Shown: piece by piece, positions 20,887 to 29,263 of the stretch | How the letters are laid out: each line of letters opens with the position of its first letter | Position numbering within the stretch: position 1 is the first letter of the stretch | DNA from: a virus | Direction: 5' to 3' (one strand) | Virus record (IMG/VR): IMGVR_UViG_3300040801_003693 | Location: 71,939 to 135,938 of that record | DNA length: 64,000 nt | The notes under the pieces: model-generated | Databases searched by the model: none | Seen by the model: only the letters and a program-made list of their open reading frames with translations | Told to the model about the DNA's origin: nothing | Made by a program: the position numbers and the translations under genes

Positions 20887-20945
20887 GGGTAGTACTCGAT
20901 ATGAGAACATTGACCGAGCTTTGAAGCCGTGCGCCCCACGGACTT
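20887..20945 (-). promoter_or_regulatory. Putative repeat-proximal CRISPR leader
   Basis: On the leader side of the repeat; AGCTTTGAAG and CCACGGA at about 30 and 50 nt recall motifs of cyanobacterial leaders (from memory, not aligned). Confidence 0.35.
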
Positions 20946-21003
20946 TTTATCAAATTGTTTTTTGAAGTTGCAGGCTGCATTTCTGCATTTAATTGGATTA
21001 CAT

Positions 21004-21068
21004 TTCATCTCACACTTTTCATTTCGGGTAGGGTGTGAGACTTCCCGCCGAGAAAGTTAAAGTTTCAT
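21004..21068 (+). repeat. 65-nt hairpin repeat, copy 1 (IS200/IS605-family 3' end-like)
   Basis: TTCATCTCACAC...GTGTGAGACTTC...GAAAGTTAAAGTTTCAT; about 75% identical to 21897..21961. Confidence 0.7.
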
Positions 21069-21383
21069 CATTTTTTCAAAGTACCTCATCTTATAAATCA
21101 ACATAACCAAAGATGGAAGTTCTGGATTTATTGGTTTATAAATCTCAAAGTCCTGGTAATCCCATATATGATTAGGATTACCTTGACAGCCTACAGTGTA
21201 AGCGTGCAAAAACTTATAGCCTTTAATTTTCTTTTGACTACTTAGGTATTTTTTGACTGCTTCTTCCGGACTTATTTCGCAGCACAAACGTGGTGTTGTA
21301 GGAAGACTAAAGTATGAATTAGTTTCAGGACAGGCGGTTAGCATAAAAATAGTTTTTACGCCTTCTAAAATTTCTGATTTCAT
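21057..21383 (-). CDS. Partner (candidate immunity) protein type C
   Basis: ATGA overlap with paralog 3; stop codon lies inside hairpin repeat copy 1. Confidence 0.65.
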   Translation of the reverse strand: MKSEILEGVKTIFMLTACPETNSYFSLPTTPRLCCEISPEEAVKKYLSSQKKIKGYKFLHAYTVGCQGNPNHIWDYQDFEIYKPINPELPSLVMLIYKMRYFEKMMKL

Positions 21384-21772
21384 TTAGCAATACATCTCCA
21401 ACTTCCATTTGATTTTTGTTCAACACGGACAAATTCTAATCCATGCATATCACTTTCTCTTTGACATCTTTCTTCTGCTTGTTCTTGGGTTAATTCTTTC
21501 CCATATATATTGATAACCTGCTCTTCCTCAAAAGCGTCTGGTTCATCAATCATCTTGCGTACATTACCTTTCTCGTCTGCAAAGTATTTCTTCTTTGCAG
21601 TGCGGTTATGCCAAACATAAGAAGTCACTCCACCAATAATAGTAGTGCCCAACAAAACACAAACCTTCGCGCAAACCAAAGGCGCAATAACTATCGGCAC
21701 TGCCTCAACTTTACGAGGCATATTTAAACTAACTGCTAATCCAACAGCCAGCATTTCTGATAAAATCTTCAT
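21380..21772 (-). CDS. Secreted/membrane small Cys-containing protein, paralog 3
   Basis: Likely start MKILSEM at 21772; VEAVPIVIAPLVCAKVCVLLGTTIIGG...YVWHN closely matches 32833..33204. Confidence 0.75.
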   Translation of the reverse strand: MKILSEMLAVGLAVSLNMPRKVEAVPIVIAPLVCAKVCVLLGTTIIGGVTSYVWHNRTAKKKYFADEKGNVRKMIDEPDAFEEEQVINIYGKELTQEQAEERCQRESDMHGLEFVRVEQKSNGSWRCIAK

Positions 21773-21896
21773 ATTGAGTAACCCGCCTCTAACGGGTGAA
21801 AGATTGCCGCGATAATACCAACGTGTCCAGCGTTGGTTGCGGTATATTTTTTTACCATTCAAAATACTTCCACGGCAATCAATATCCGGTTCGTAA

Positions 21897-21961
21897 TTCA
21901 TCCCAACACTTCTCTTACGGGTAAGTGTGGGACTTCTTACGATTGAAAGTTAAATTTTCAT
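21897..21961 (+). repeat. 65-nt hairpin repeat, copy 2 (IS200/IS605-family 3' end-like)
   Basis: TTCATCCCAACAC...GTGTGGGACTTC...GAAAGTTAAATTTTCAT; compensatory stem change relative to copy 1. Confidence 0.7.
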
Positions 21962-22029
21962 GGTGCTTTTCAATATTATATAGGTATAAAAAATAATAAT
22001 CAGAAAAAGATACAAAATGTAATATTTAA

Positions 22030-22190
22030 TCAGCCCCTAAGTATTTTTATTCCACTATCAAGTATAAAAATTCAGCATAAAATTCGCGGAGGGTTTTTAT
22101 TGCTTGATAGCTTAAATCCTTTCTCTATATACATTTGAGCCTCAACTCATAACAACTACGACTTAATACTTGCTCTTCCGCGAATTTGTT
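22030..22190 (-). promoter_or_regulatory. CRISPR leader-like region with 11-bp inverted repeat
   Basis: AAATTCGCGGA (22080..22090) and TCCGCGAATTT (22177..22187) directly downstream of the cas1-like gene. Confidence 0.45.
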
Positions 22191-22191
22191 T

Positions 22192-23163
22192 TTATCTTAA
22201 ATAAAAAGGATTGTACATTTGAGAGCCATCCTCACAAATATTTTTTATTTGCTGCACCCGGATAGAAATTGCATCAGAATAATTTACTTCCATCTTTGTA
22301 TTGGGATATTTAAATTTGTATTTTAATTTGTTGCTAAAAGATTGTGCTAATTTCTTTTGAATAATTTCAGGAAGTACATCCTCAGTGTATTCATTAAAAT
22401 CAGAAGCGCATATAGTTTTCAGATTGAATACTTTAATTAATATAGGATCGATTAGATAAGGCGACATTTCAAATTTAAGATCGGCAACTAATGCTCCACA
22501 TTTGTGCTTCTCACTATGCCTAAATAAGGATATTTCTTCACTGACATTATTAGCAATCAAAGTAATTCTTATTTGCTTTTCTAATAAACTTTCTAGAAAG
22601 ACAATACACATTTGTGCTATCGAATCTTTTCTCTTACCGTAATATTCGATATCATCTATAAAGAATTTTCCTAGTAAAGCATAATATTTTGCATGAATTA
22701 ATCCTAAGTACCCGTTGATTGAATCTATCCCTTTGCTTAATTGAATTTGCTGTAAACTGTAATTATAAAATATTTTAAATTGTTTTAATTCCTCTTCGCT
22801 AATAGAATTTCTATCACGATACTGTCTTCTTAAAAAGTTGTACCTTCTTTTCGTAACTAAAATTGATTGTTGCTTCACAATGTCTAATCGTAAAGCATTA
22901 TAGTTAATAGCATAACTATTAATTGCTTTTCCAAACTTATATATCCCCCCAGGAGAAGAGATAATTACAGTAATGTTCTTATCAATTAAAAGCTGTAATA
23001 CTCCAGAGCTAATACTTATATCTGAAGTATTTATACATAAGCAAACATTGTTTAAGTCTTCAATTGTTTCTAATATATATTCAGGATTAACATAGCCTGT
23101 TTCTAGTTCTGTACTGTCAAGAGATATTATTTTAGAGAATGGATAATGATTACTGCTATTCAA
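22192..23163 (-). CDS. cas1: Divergent Cas1 homologue, probably catalytically inactive
   Basis: Colinear with cyanobacterial Cas1: ISSGVLQLL, RLDIVK, SINGYLGL (EG becomes LG), FRH, ALVADLKFE, SDF, KLKYKFKYP, YSDAI, YNPFYLR. Confidence 0.75.
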   Translation of the reverse strand: MNSSNHYPFSKIISLDSTELETGYVNPEYILETIEDLNNVCLCINTSDISISSGVLQLLIDKNITVIISSPGGIYKFGKAINSYAINYNALRLDIVKQQSILVTKRRYNFLRRQYRDRNSISEEELKQFKIFYNYSLQQIQLSKGIDSINGYLGLIHAKYYALLGKFFIDDIEYYGKRKDSIAQMCIVFLESLLEKQIRITLIANNVSEEISLFRHSEKHKCGALVADLKFEMSPYLIDPILIKVFNLKTICASDFNEYTEDVLPEIIQKKLAQSFSNKLKYKFKYPNTKMEVNYSDAISIRVQQIKNICEDGSQMYNPFYLR

Positions 23164-23172
23164 ATTAATTTC

Positions 23173-23493
23173 CTAATTAACTATTTGAAACACTGCTGAA
23201 TAATTTAGAAGAAATTGCATTAAAGAATCTTGAGAACCAGCATAAAGATAGTTTCTATGTCCGGCTCTAGAAGGAACTTGTTTGGAAAAGATTATAAATT
23301 CATTAATTAAACCTAACTTTTGTTTATCTAATATATTTGAAATTAATACATGAGTAAAAGAATCTTCTCTTGTTTGATGTTCTCTACCAATGGCTATACC
23401 TTTATTATTATTTAACCAAGGTTCTGCATCTGTATAGTTGATAAACTTATATACTTTAATTTTATTGTTCATTTTTATAAACTGCTTTTCCAA
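23173..23493 (-). CDS. Hypothetical protein
   Basis: About 100-aa ORF just upstream of the cas1-like gene; no Cas2 YD motif evident. Confidence 0.5.
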   Translation of the reverse strand: MEKQFIKMNNKIKVYKFINYTDAEPWLNNNKGIAIGREHQTREDSFTHVLISNILDKQKLGLINEFIIFSKQVPSRAGHRNYLYAGSQDSLMQFLLNYSAVFQIVN

Positions 23494-23548
23494 ATTTATT
23501 ATTGTTAGTAAACAAGCTGATTTTAAAATGAAACATATAATTAATTTC

Positions 23549-23995
23549 TTAACTCCACGGATTGTTTTCTTCTAAATATCTTTCTATCTTAGTTTCTATT
23601 TCAGATTCCATTACATCCATGTGTCCATCAACATCTGCATACCATCCATGTTCGTTTAGTGTTTTTATTAATGCTTGAACTGCACGTGCCTTTGCTAATT
23701 TTACTCTTCCTTGAGGAGTTTTAAAATACTCCTCACGCTTCTTAGCTCTTTCTCTTTTTGCTCTCTCTGCTTCTTCTAATAATTGTTTAACCTTCTCTAC
23801 ATCACATAAGTAACCTGGGTCGTATCCCGCTCCTATTTCTTTTCCTTGTGCAGTATAACGTTTTCCGTTAGATAACTTCACCTGTCCTGACTTGGTTATA
23901 TTACTCACTATTCCTATCTTTGCTTTTATTCCTCTTCTATCGTTGTAGTAATAAATCCCTATCTCTTGTCCTAGTTTTAAGTTTGATGTGTTCAT
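23549..23995 (-). CDS. Hypothetical protein (N-terminal small beta-barrel-like domain)
   Basis: LKLGQEIGI...IVSNITKSGQVKL then a charged helix. Confidence 0.6.
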   Translation of the reverse strand: MNTSNLKLGQEIGIYYYNDRRGIKAKIGIVSNITKSGQVKLSNGKRYTAQGKEIGAGYDPGYLCDVEKVKQLLEEAERAKRERAKKREEYFKTPQGRVKLAKARAVQALIKTLNEHGWYADVDGHMDVMESEIETKIERYLEENNPWS

Positions 23996-24374
23996 AGTTT
24001 ACTTTTAATTCTGTTGATTGAATATCAGTTTAGTACATTCTCTCTCCGGAGAGAAGAGTCGTACATTAGCCTTATTGAAAGGTTTATTTTAGGTTGTACA
24101 AGGTTCTTGTACAAGGTTTTTAGCACCAGAAAAACTTTTGCAATGATTCTAAGAGATAAGTCTTATATTTCTTTAATTCATTTATATAAACTCTACAGAT
24201 GATTATTTTAAGTATATAGTCTTTATTTATTAATATTTTATAACTCTGTATGCCTTATAGTATAAGCTTTGCAGCTATTCTCAAGTGTAGTCTATTTCAA
24301 GAAGGTTGACTAGTTTATATGTAATAAAGATTGTTATATTGAGTTATAATAATATTAGGAGAAACTCACGTAGT

Positions 24375-25049
24375 ATGCAATTATACCAAGCCCCGGTAAA
24401 CAATGTGGGACTCGACCCTTTGCAGGGTTTTGATTTCGAGTGTTGGTGTCAAGATGTAGCTTCTGGAAAAATTGCTTGGTTTGGAAAGTTTCAATCTTTG
24501 ACGCTTTCTGTACGGGACGCAACGGAAACATATCTAGAATTAGGACAACGTATACCTATTTACCTTAATGGTGAAATTCAAGTAGCGTGGGTTTTAGAAC
24601 AAGGACTTGTTGATATGTCTTTTATTAAGAGAACCTTTGGTGCAGATGAATTATCACGTCAACAGTTCATTACTAGAGGACCGCGTTTTCAAGTTACCTT
24701 TGATGCGAATGCAGCAGAACTCAATGGAGTTCCTGATAGACCAATAAATAGTACTAATGGTAATGTACTCAGACAAGGAACTACAGAATACTCTGTGCTT
24801 AAGGATGATTTATTTATCGGGTCTTCAGCACAAAGAGCAAAAGGAAGATACGAATTGTTAAGATGTAAAGTAGACTCAGTATCTTTAGGTATCATGCCAG
24901 GTCGTCGTGTCGCGGCGGTTCGTTGGGAAGGTGTAGCAGAAGGTTTGAGATTTAGAGAGAATCAAACCGTTCAGGAATTTAAGACTACTAGAAATAATGT
25001 CGGTAGAAACTTTGGTGGTTTCGATCCCGGTTCTCAAGAAATTGCTTAA
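24375..25049 (+). CDS. Tail tube protein
   Basis: DPLQGFDF, FGKFQSLTLSV...ETYLELG.RIP.YL.G, YELLRCKV...V..EGVAE; start at ATG 24375. Confidence 0.72.
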   Translation: MQLYQAPVNNVGLDPLQGFDFECWCQDVASGKIAWFGKFQSLTLSVRDATETYLELGQRIPIYLNGEIQVAWVLEQGLVDMSFIKRTFGADELSRQQFITRGPRFQVTFDANAAELNGVPDRPINSTNGNVLRQGTTEYSVLKDDLFIGSSAQRAKGRYELLRCKVDSVSLGIMPGRRVAAVRWEGVAEGLRFRENQTVQEFKTTRNNVGRNFGGFDPGSQEIA

Positions 25050-25057
25050 TTGAAAAA

Positions 25058-25411
25058 ATGATTTTTTCAGTCTTTAAAGTTAATGGTAAGTTTTGTGTTT
25101 GTAATACAAGTGGTACTTTTATTTTTAATTTAATTAATAGAAATATTATTAAAGGGGAGAATATTTGCCTCGATTTCGATCGGGTCAAAATATTCTCCGC
25201 TGTCTTTTTTAATGCAGCAATAGGTAGATTATTTAAATTTCATTCTTCTGAAGTAATTGAAGACCGACTTAGCATTATTAATTTAGATGAGGATGCAATC
25301 CGTCTTTTGAATTTAGTTAAAAGAAATTCACAAAGATATTACACCGATGCTGAATATAGAGCAGCGGTAGATAAAGCCATAAATAATCATATACATGAAA
25401 CCTCAGAATGA
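25058..25411 (+). CDS. STAS-like DUF4325 protein
   Basis: GENICLDFDRVKIFSAVFFNAAIGRL motif. Confidence 0.75.
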   Translation: MIFSVFKVNGKFCVCNTSGTFIFNLINRNIIKGENICLDFDRVKIFSAVFFNAAIGRLFKFHSSEVIEDRLSIINLDEDAIRLLNLVKRNSQRYYTDAEYRAAVDKAINNHIHETSE

Positions 25412-25438
25412 AGCTATTAGAGTAAATGTGCAAGTATG

Positions 25439-26386
25439 TTATTTATATAATCCTTCCCTTGGGAGAGGATTGTACTTTAGAAGAATCTTTGCCCACTCTT
25501 TATTCAATTTAGCTCTAAGATATCTTTGAGGTCTAAGCTGAATATGCTCTTCAGAAATATAGTAGATATTAGTATAAGGTTTGAATGCCAAATCTTTAAA
25601 TTTATTATTAGTAAAGATTGGTTTACAATTTTCTCCTTCTGAATTTAGAAAACGAGTTTCATGAAATTCATTACGAACATCTTCTTTGTCTAATCGTATA
25701 CATTGCTGCTTTTTAATTACAGGTTTTAAGCCACGAGCTTTTCTGTAATTATTATCCAATCTTCTTTGAATGGTGGATGTGGAATATCCTGAATGCTTTG
25801 CAATATATTCTTGTGATGCTCCATATAGAAGGTTAGAAGAATTAACGTAAATAAATCTATCTGATAAAAAAAGTATCCGCTTGGATTTGCAGCAGAGTTT
25901 TTCAGCAGATAAAGTTTTTCGTATTAAATCTTTCTTCCCAACTGTCGCAGCATACAAACTTTTATCTTGCGCTCTAATAGCGTCAGCTTCAGTTGCTTTA
26001 AACTTTATATCTTTTAGTTCATCTACTCCTATTTCTGTTACTGCACCCAAGTTTTTAATTCCGTATCTAAGGCAGAGTTTGATTACGGAACAATAATAAA
26101 ATCTGTAATAACCTTTTCTTAACTTTATTACATTTCTAAATAGACCTAACCTTTCTGCAAATCTTATCCACCTACGAATTACCGAACACGATCTATCAAA
26201 TATTCTAGCTGCTTCATTAATCTTAATATCCGCATATCCACTTCCTGCTTCATCTAAAGCTTTCGTTAAATAGAATAGTTTAATTGCACTATGCCCTTCT
26301 AATTGGCTGTTGTAGGTGTTACAGCCAGACCATAAAGCTTGATTAACGAGAGAACTGTGGATATGTATATAAAGCAAAGCAACCAA
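25439..26386 (-). CDS. Basic protein with two HTH-like motifs (possible replication/regulatory protein)
   Basis: EAARIFDRSCSVIRRWI and QEYIAKHSGYSTSTIQRRL. Confidence 0.5.
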   Translation of the reverse strand: MVALLYIHIHSSLVNQALWSGCNTYNSQLEGHSAIKLFYLTKALDEAGSGYADIKINEAARIFDRSCSVIRRWIRFAERLGLFRNVIKLRKGYYRFYYCSVIKLCLRYGIKNLGAVTEIGVDELKDIKFKATEADAIRAQDKSLYAATVGKKDLIRKTLSAEKLCCKSKRILFLSDRFIYVNSSNLLYGASQEYIAKHSGYSTSTIQRRLDNNYRKARGLKPVIKKQQCIRLDKEDVRNEFHETRFLNSEGENCKPIFTNNKFKDLAFKPYTNIYYISEEHIQLRPQRYLRAKLNKEWAKILLKYNPLPREGLYK

Positions 26387-26539
26387 CCTTTTTTAAAGCT
26401 GTTTGCCCACACACACAAAATAAGTATTATAATGAATCTATCTTTTGTTGTTTGTTCTCTTGTGTTTGATAACAAAGAAACTTTTGTTACAGATGTGAGG
26501 TGTGTGGACAAACATTTTCTTATTTAACTATTCAGAATA

Positions 26540-26722
26540 TCACCTTTTCGCAAAAGGATTAATGTCAGGCTTATTTTTCTCTACATAATCTTTCACAATC
26601 CCGTTTGCAATAGTGGACATTGATTCTTCTTTGATAGCGCAAATAAGTTTAAACTGTTGTTTTAAGTCTTTATCTATGTACACTGCTAGTTCCGCACTTC
26701 CTGGCGGGATATATTTTGGCAT
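26540..26722 (-). CDS. Ribbon-helix-helix (CopG/ParG-like) DNA-binding protein
   Basis: LAVYIDKDLKQQFKLICA...SMSTIANGIVKDYV. Confidence 0.7.
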   Translation of the reverse strand: MPKYIPPGSAELAVYIDKDLKQQFKLICAIKEESMSTIANGIVKDYVEKNKPDINPFAKR

Positions 26723-26887
26723 GATATCTATCGTATATACTGATTACCCGGCTCTAATAATATAACATTGTCAGGGTACAGATTGCATCTCTTTAAAATT
26801 CTGTAAATAAATTGAAGATATAATAAGAATATTAAAAGTATTTTAAATATATTTTAATTAGTTAAAACATATATAAATTTTTATTAC

Positions 26888-28735
26888 ATGAAAACTTGGA
26901 CTGAGACTGCTTCAATACCTGCTGCGGCAATTACTTACGCCGGGGGAAATACCAATAATCAACCAATTGTATTTACAACCCAATACGACACTAAAGGATA
27001 CATATCGTCAGAGACAGAAGTAAAAGATGTAGAGTTGAAGTGGACTATTAAGAGTATATCCGTAACCCTTACGAGAGATTGGAATACATCTCAGTGTCTT
27101 ATTTCTCTTACGTGCAATTTACCTAGTGTAGATAGTCCTATACCTAGCTTACCAGATGTATCAATTATTCGTGGTGGTAGTTATCCTTATCTTTCTAGTG
27201 AGGATGAGATTAGAGTATATGCAGGATATGTAGAGTCCAGTTCGGTTTGTATTACTCCAGATTTATTAGATGAGATTCCCTTTGACTTTGAGGATTTAGA
27301 TGAAGTGGAATATAAGCAAGACCCAACCAAACCTTTAGCTCCAATCTTCTGGGGGTTTATAGATAAAATAGATTTCTCTGGAAATGACAAAGGAGTGCAT
27401 ATGCTGATCTCTTGTCGCGATCGCACTAGAATATTTGCAGATACCCGGTTGTTGTCTATCCCTGCTTTTAGTGGAAGTTCTAAAGGAGAAGCAATTGGGG
27501 ATAATGCGGAGTTGGATAATACAGGAATATCAAAAGGCGATCGCCATAAAATATTATTAGGTATAGCAAACGGAGCGGCTGGAAGTCCTTTAGGAGAGGA
27601 GGAGTTTGGAAAGAAAGACGACTGCGCTCGTTGTTGGAAACCAATACTAGAAGGAGACAAAGTTGTAGGATTTAGTTACGACAATGACGGGAACCCAAAA
27701 AGAATTGTACCTCAGATGGACCCTTCAAGATGGGTAAGAAGCACATCTTTTAAACTACACGCAGATAAATCTGAACCAAGATTTCATATATGGTCAGAAA
27801 GACCTCCCATTAAAAAAGGAGAAGCCAACGCTACTCTACAGATAGTTAACAAAACTCCAATGGAGATTATTAACTACTTAGCAAAGACAGAAGAAAGACC
27901 AATGGATTTCTTCGCTTCTCACGTTAATGGAGATTTTACATTCGGACCTAGAGCTATAGACTTTTCAGGTAGCTTAGACCCCGATCGATATTACCGCACT
28001 TACTTCTTTAAAACTTATCCTAAAGAAAAAGTAACCTGCCCTCCCCTACCCAATCAAATGATTCTTAGTATTAGAGCAGTAACCTCTACTTTGGCTACTT
28101 ACAATAATTTTATAATTGTTGATAGTTCAAGTAGAGGTGGTAGTGGGGGATTACTCAATCAAGTCCGACAAGGAGTATTTGCATTACCCGCTCAGTTAGA
28201 AGGGCGATCGCCTACTCCTCCTTGTAGAACTCAGATTGTTTATGATGGTGCAGTGGCTACTTATGGAAGTGGCGCTCAACAGGAATATGGAACATTGATG
28301 CTTTCCCTGGCGGCAGCAAGAATCTTAGCCCGTGATGTAAACGGAGTTCAGGTAGAGTTATTGGGAGATCCTACTCTGTATCCGGGAGAAGCAATTAGAA
28401 TTTATAATACTGTAGTGCATGACAATTCTACTGTTGTAACTGTGAATGAAAAGGAATCAGAACAACGCACTAGAGATATTCAAGAAAAAGCTGAAGAGAT
28501 AGCTGTTCGCACTGAGAAAGTAGATAAAAAAGATAAACTTGATAGGTGTAAAAATACTGAAGCAAGTGAGTTAATTAAAGAAGTTTTTCAAGCAACACCC
28601 GGTAGTGGTAAGGTTTCCACTGATTATAGTAAACTTATACTGCCGACGTATAAGATCCGCACAATTCAACACGTCCTCAAGGCAACGGGCAAAAGAGGAT
28701 TTACTTCTACTGTTGCTGCTGTTGCTGATTATTGA
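26888..28735 (+). CDS. Baseplate hub protein (gp27/late control D-like)
   Basis: DEIRVYAGY, IFWGFIDKI, ISCRD, VELLGDPTLYPGEAIRI, YKIRTIQH...GFTS. Confidence 0.75.
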   Translation: MKTWTETASIPAAAITYAGGNTNNQPIVFTTQYDTKGYISSETEVKDVELKWTIKSISVTLTRDWNTSQCLISLTCNLPSVDSPIPSLPDVSIIRGGSYPYLSSEDEIRVYAGYVESSSVCITPDLLDEIPFDFEDLDEVEYKQDPTKPLAPIFWGFIDKIDFSGNDKGVHMLISCRDRTRIFADTRLLSIPAFSGSSKGEAIGDNAELDNTGISKGDRHKILLGIANGAAGSPLGEEEFGKKDDCARCWKPILEGDKVVGFSYDNDGNPKRIVPQMDPSRWVRSTSFKLHADKSEPRFHIWSERPPIKKGEANATLQIVNKTPMEIINYLAKTEERPMDFFASHVNGDFTFGPRAIDFSGSLDPDRYYRTYFFKTYPKEKVTCPPLPNQMILSIRAVTSTLATYNNFIIVDSSSRGGSGGLLNQVRQGVFALPAQLEGRSPTPPCRTQIVYDGAVATYGSGAQQEYGTLMLSLAAARILARDVNGVQVELLGDPTLYPGEAIRIYNTVVHDNSTVVTVNEKESEQRTRDIQEKAEEIAVRTEKVDKKDKLDRCKNTEASELIKEVFQATPGSGKVSTDYSKLILPTYKIRTIQHVLKATGKRGFTSTVAAVADY

Positions 28736-29262
28736 AAATTTAATTTAGATTTAAATGTAACAAATTTTACTTCTAAAAAACGAATAGCTTGTAGCAGAAA
28801 TCTTTTTATAGGGTTGACTTCCGCATCTAATTGCAAAGTCAAACTAATCAGTTGATCCGTAACATAGTTAATGTCTTTGAAGGAAACATTGTTTGAAACA
28901 TGGATTTTAGACTGAATTAATATAGCCTGATGGATTTTAGACTGAATTAATATAGCCTGTGCTTCTTTCAAATATTCCTTTTCAATTAAATCTAAATCTG
29001 GTAAATCGTTGTAATGACCGCAATCAAAACCAATCCACCATTTATGACTTAACAATTCATCCACTCCGGTGAACGTAATCCCACCGTGACAAATGTAATT
29101 TAACTCAAAATCATCTTTAGCATAAGCACTATACAGATTATCAATTCTGAGATAACCACAGAGATATCCCATCTCATTTTTACAGATGACATACTTAAAG
29201 CCACGGATAAATCCAGACTTAATTACTTTCGATGGCAAATAAACTTGGTGATACAGACACAT
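28729..29262 (-). CDS. Conserved phage hypothetical protein
   Basis: GYLCGY, HGGITF, WWIGFDCGH motifs. Confidence 0.65.
   Translation of the reverse strand: MCLYHQVYLPSKVIKSGFIRGFKYVICKNEMGYLCGYLRIDNLYSAYAKDDFELNYICHGGITFTGVDELLSHKWWIGFDCGHYNDLPDLDLIEKEYLKEAQAILIQSKIHQAILIQSKIHVSNNVSFKDINYVTDQLISLTLQLDAEVNPIKRFLLQAIRFLEVKFVTFKSKLNFQ
28900..28959. repeat. Perfect 30-bp tandem duplication, in frame
   Basis: ATGGATTTTAGACTGAATTAATATAGCCTG x2 (QAILIQSKIH x2). Confidence 0.9.
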
Positions 29263-29263
29263 A

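Noticed and set aside
20886-20920. Resemblance of the repeat flank to the 3' end of the omegaRNA (62580..62613)
   Set aside because: Only about 23 of 36 matches with three gaps; chance or leader sequence explains it equally well
21773-21901. 43-aa N-terminal extension of ORF 21380..21901
   Set aside because: Starts inside the hairpin repeat and spans the structured leader; paralog 4 begins at the equivalent of 21772
21004-21961. Integron attC sites
   Set aside because: A TAAC containing the stop codon is present, but there is no complementary GTTRRRY end in both copies and no IntI in the window
20850-23493. Functional CRISPR-Cas locus or array
   Set aside because: Only one repeat, no recognisable cas2, cas4, cas6 or effector genes, and Cas1 ligands are substituted
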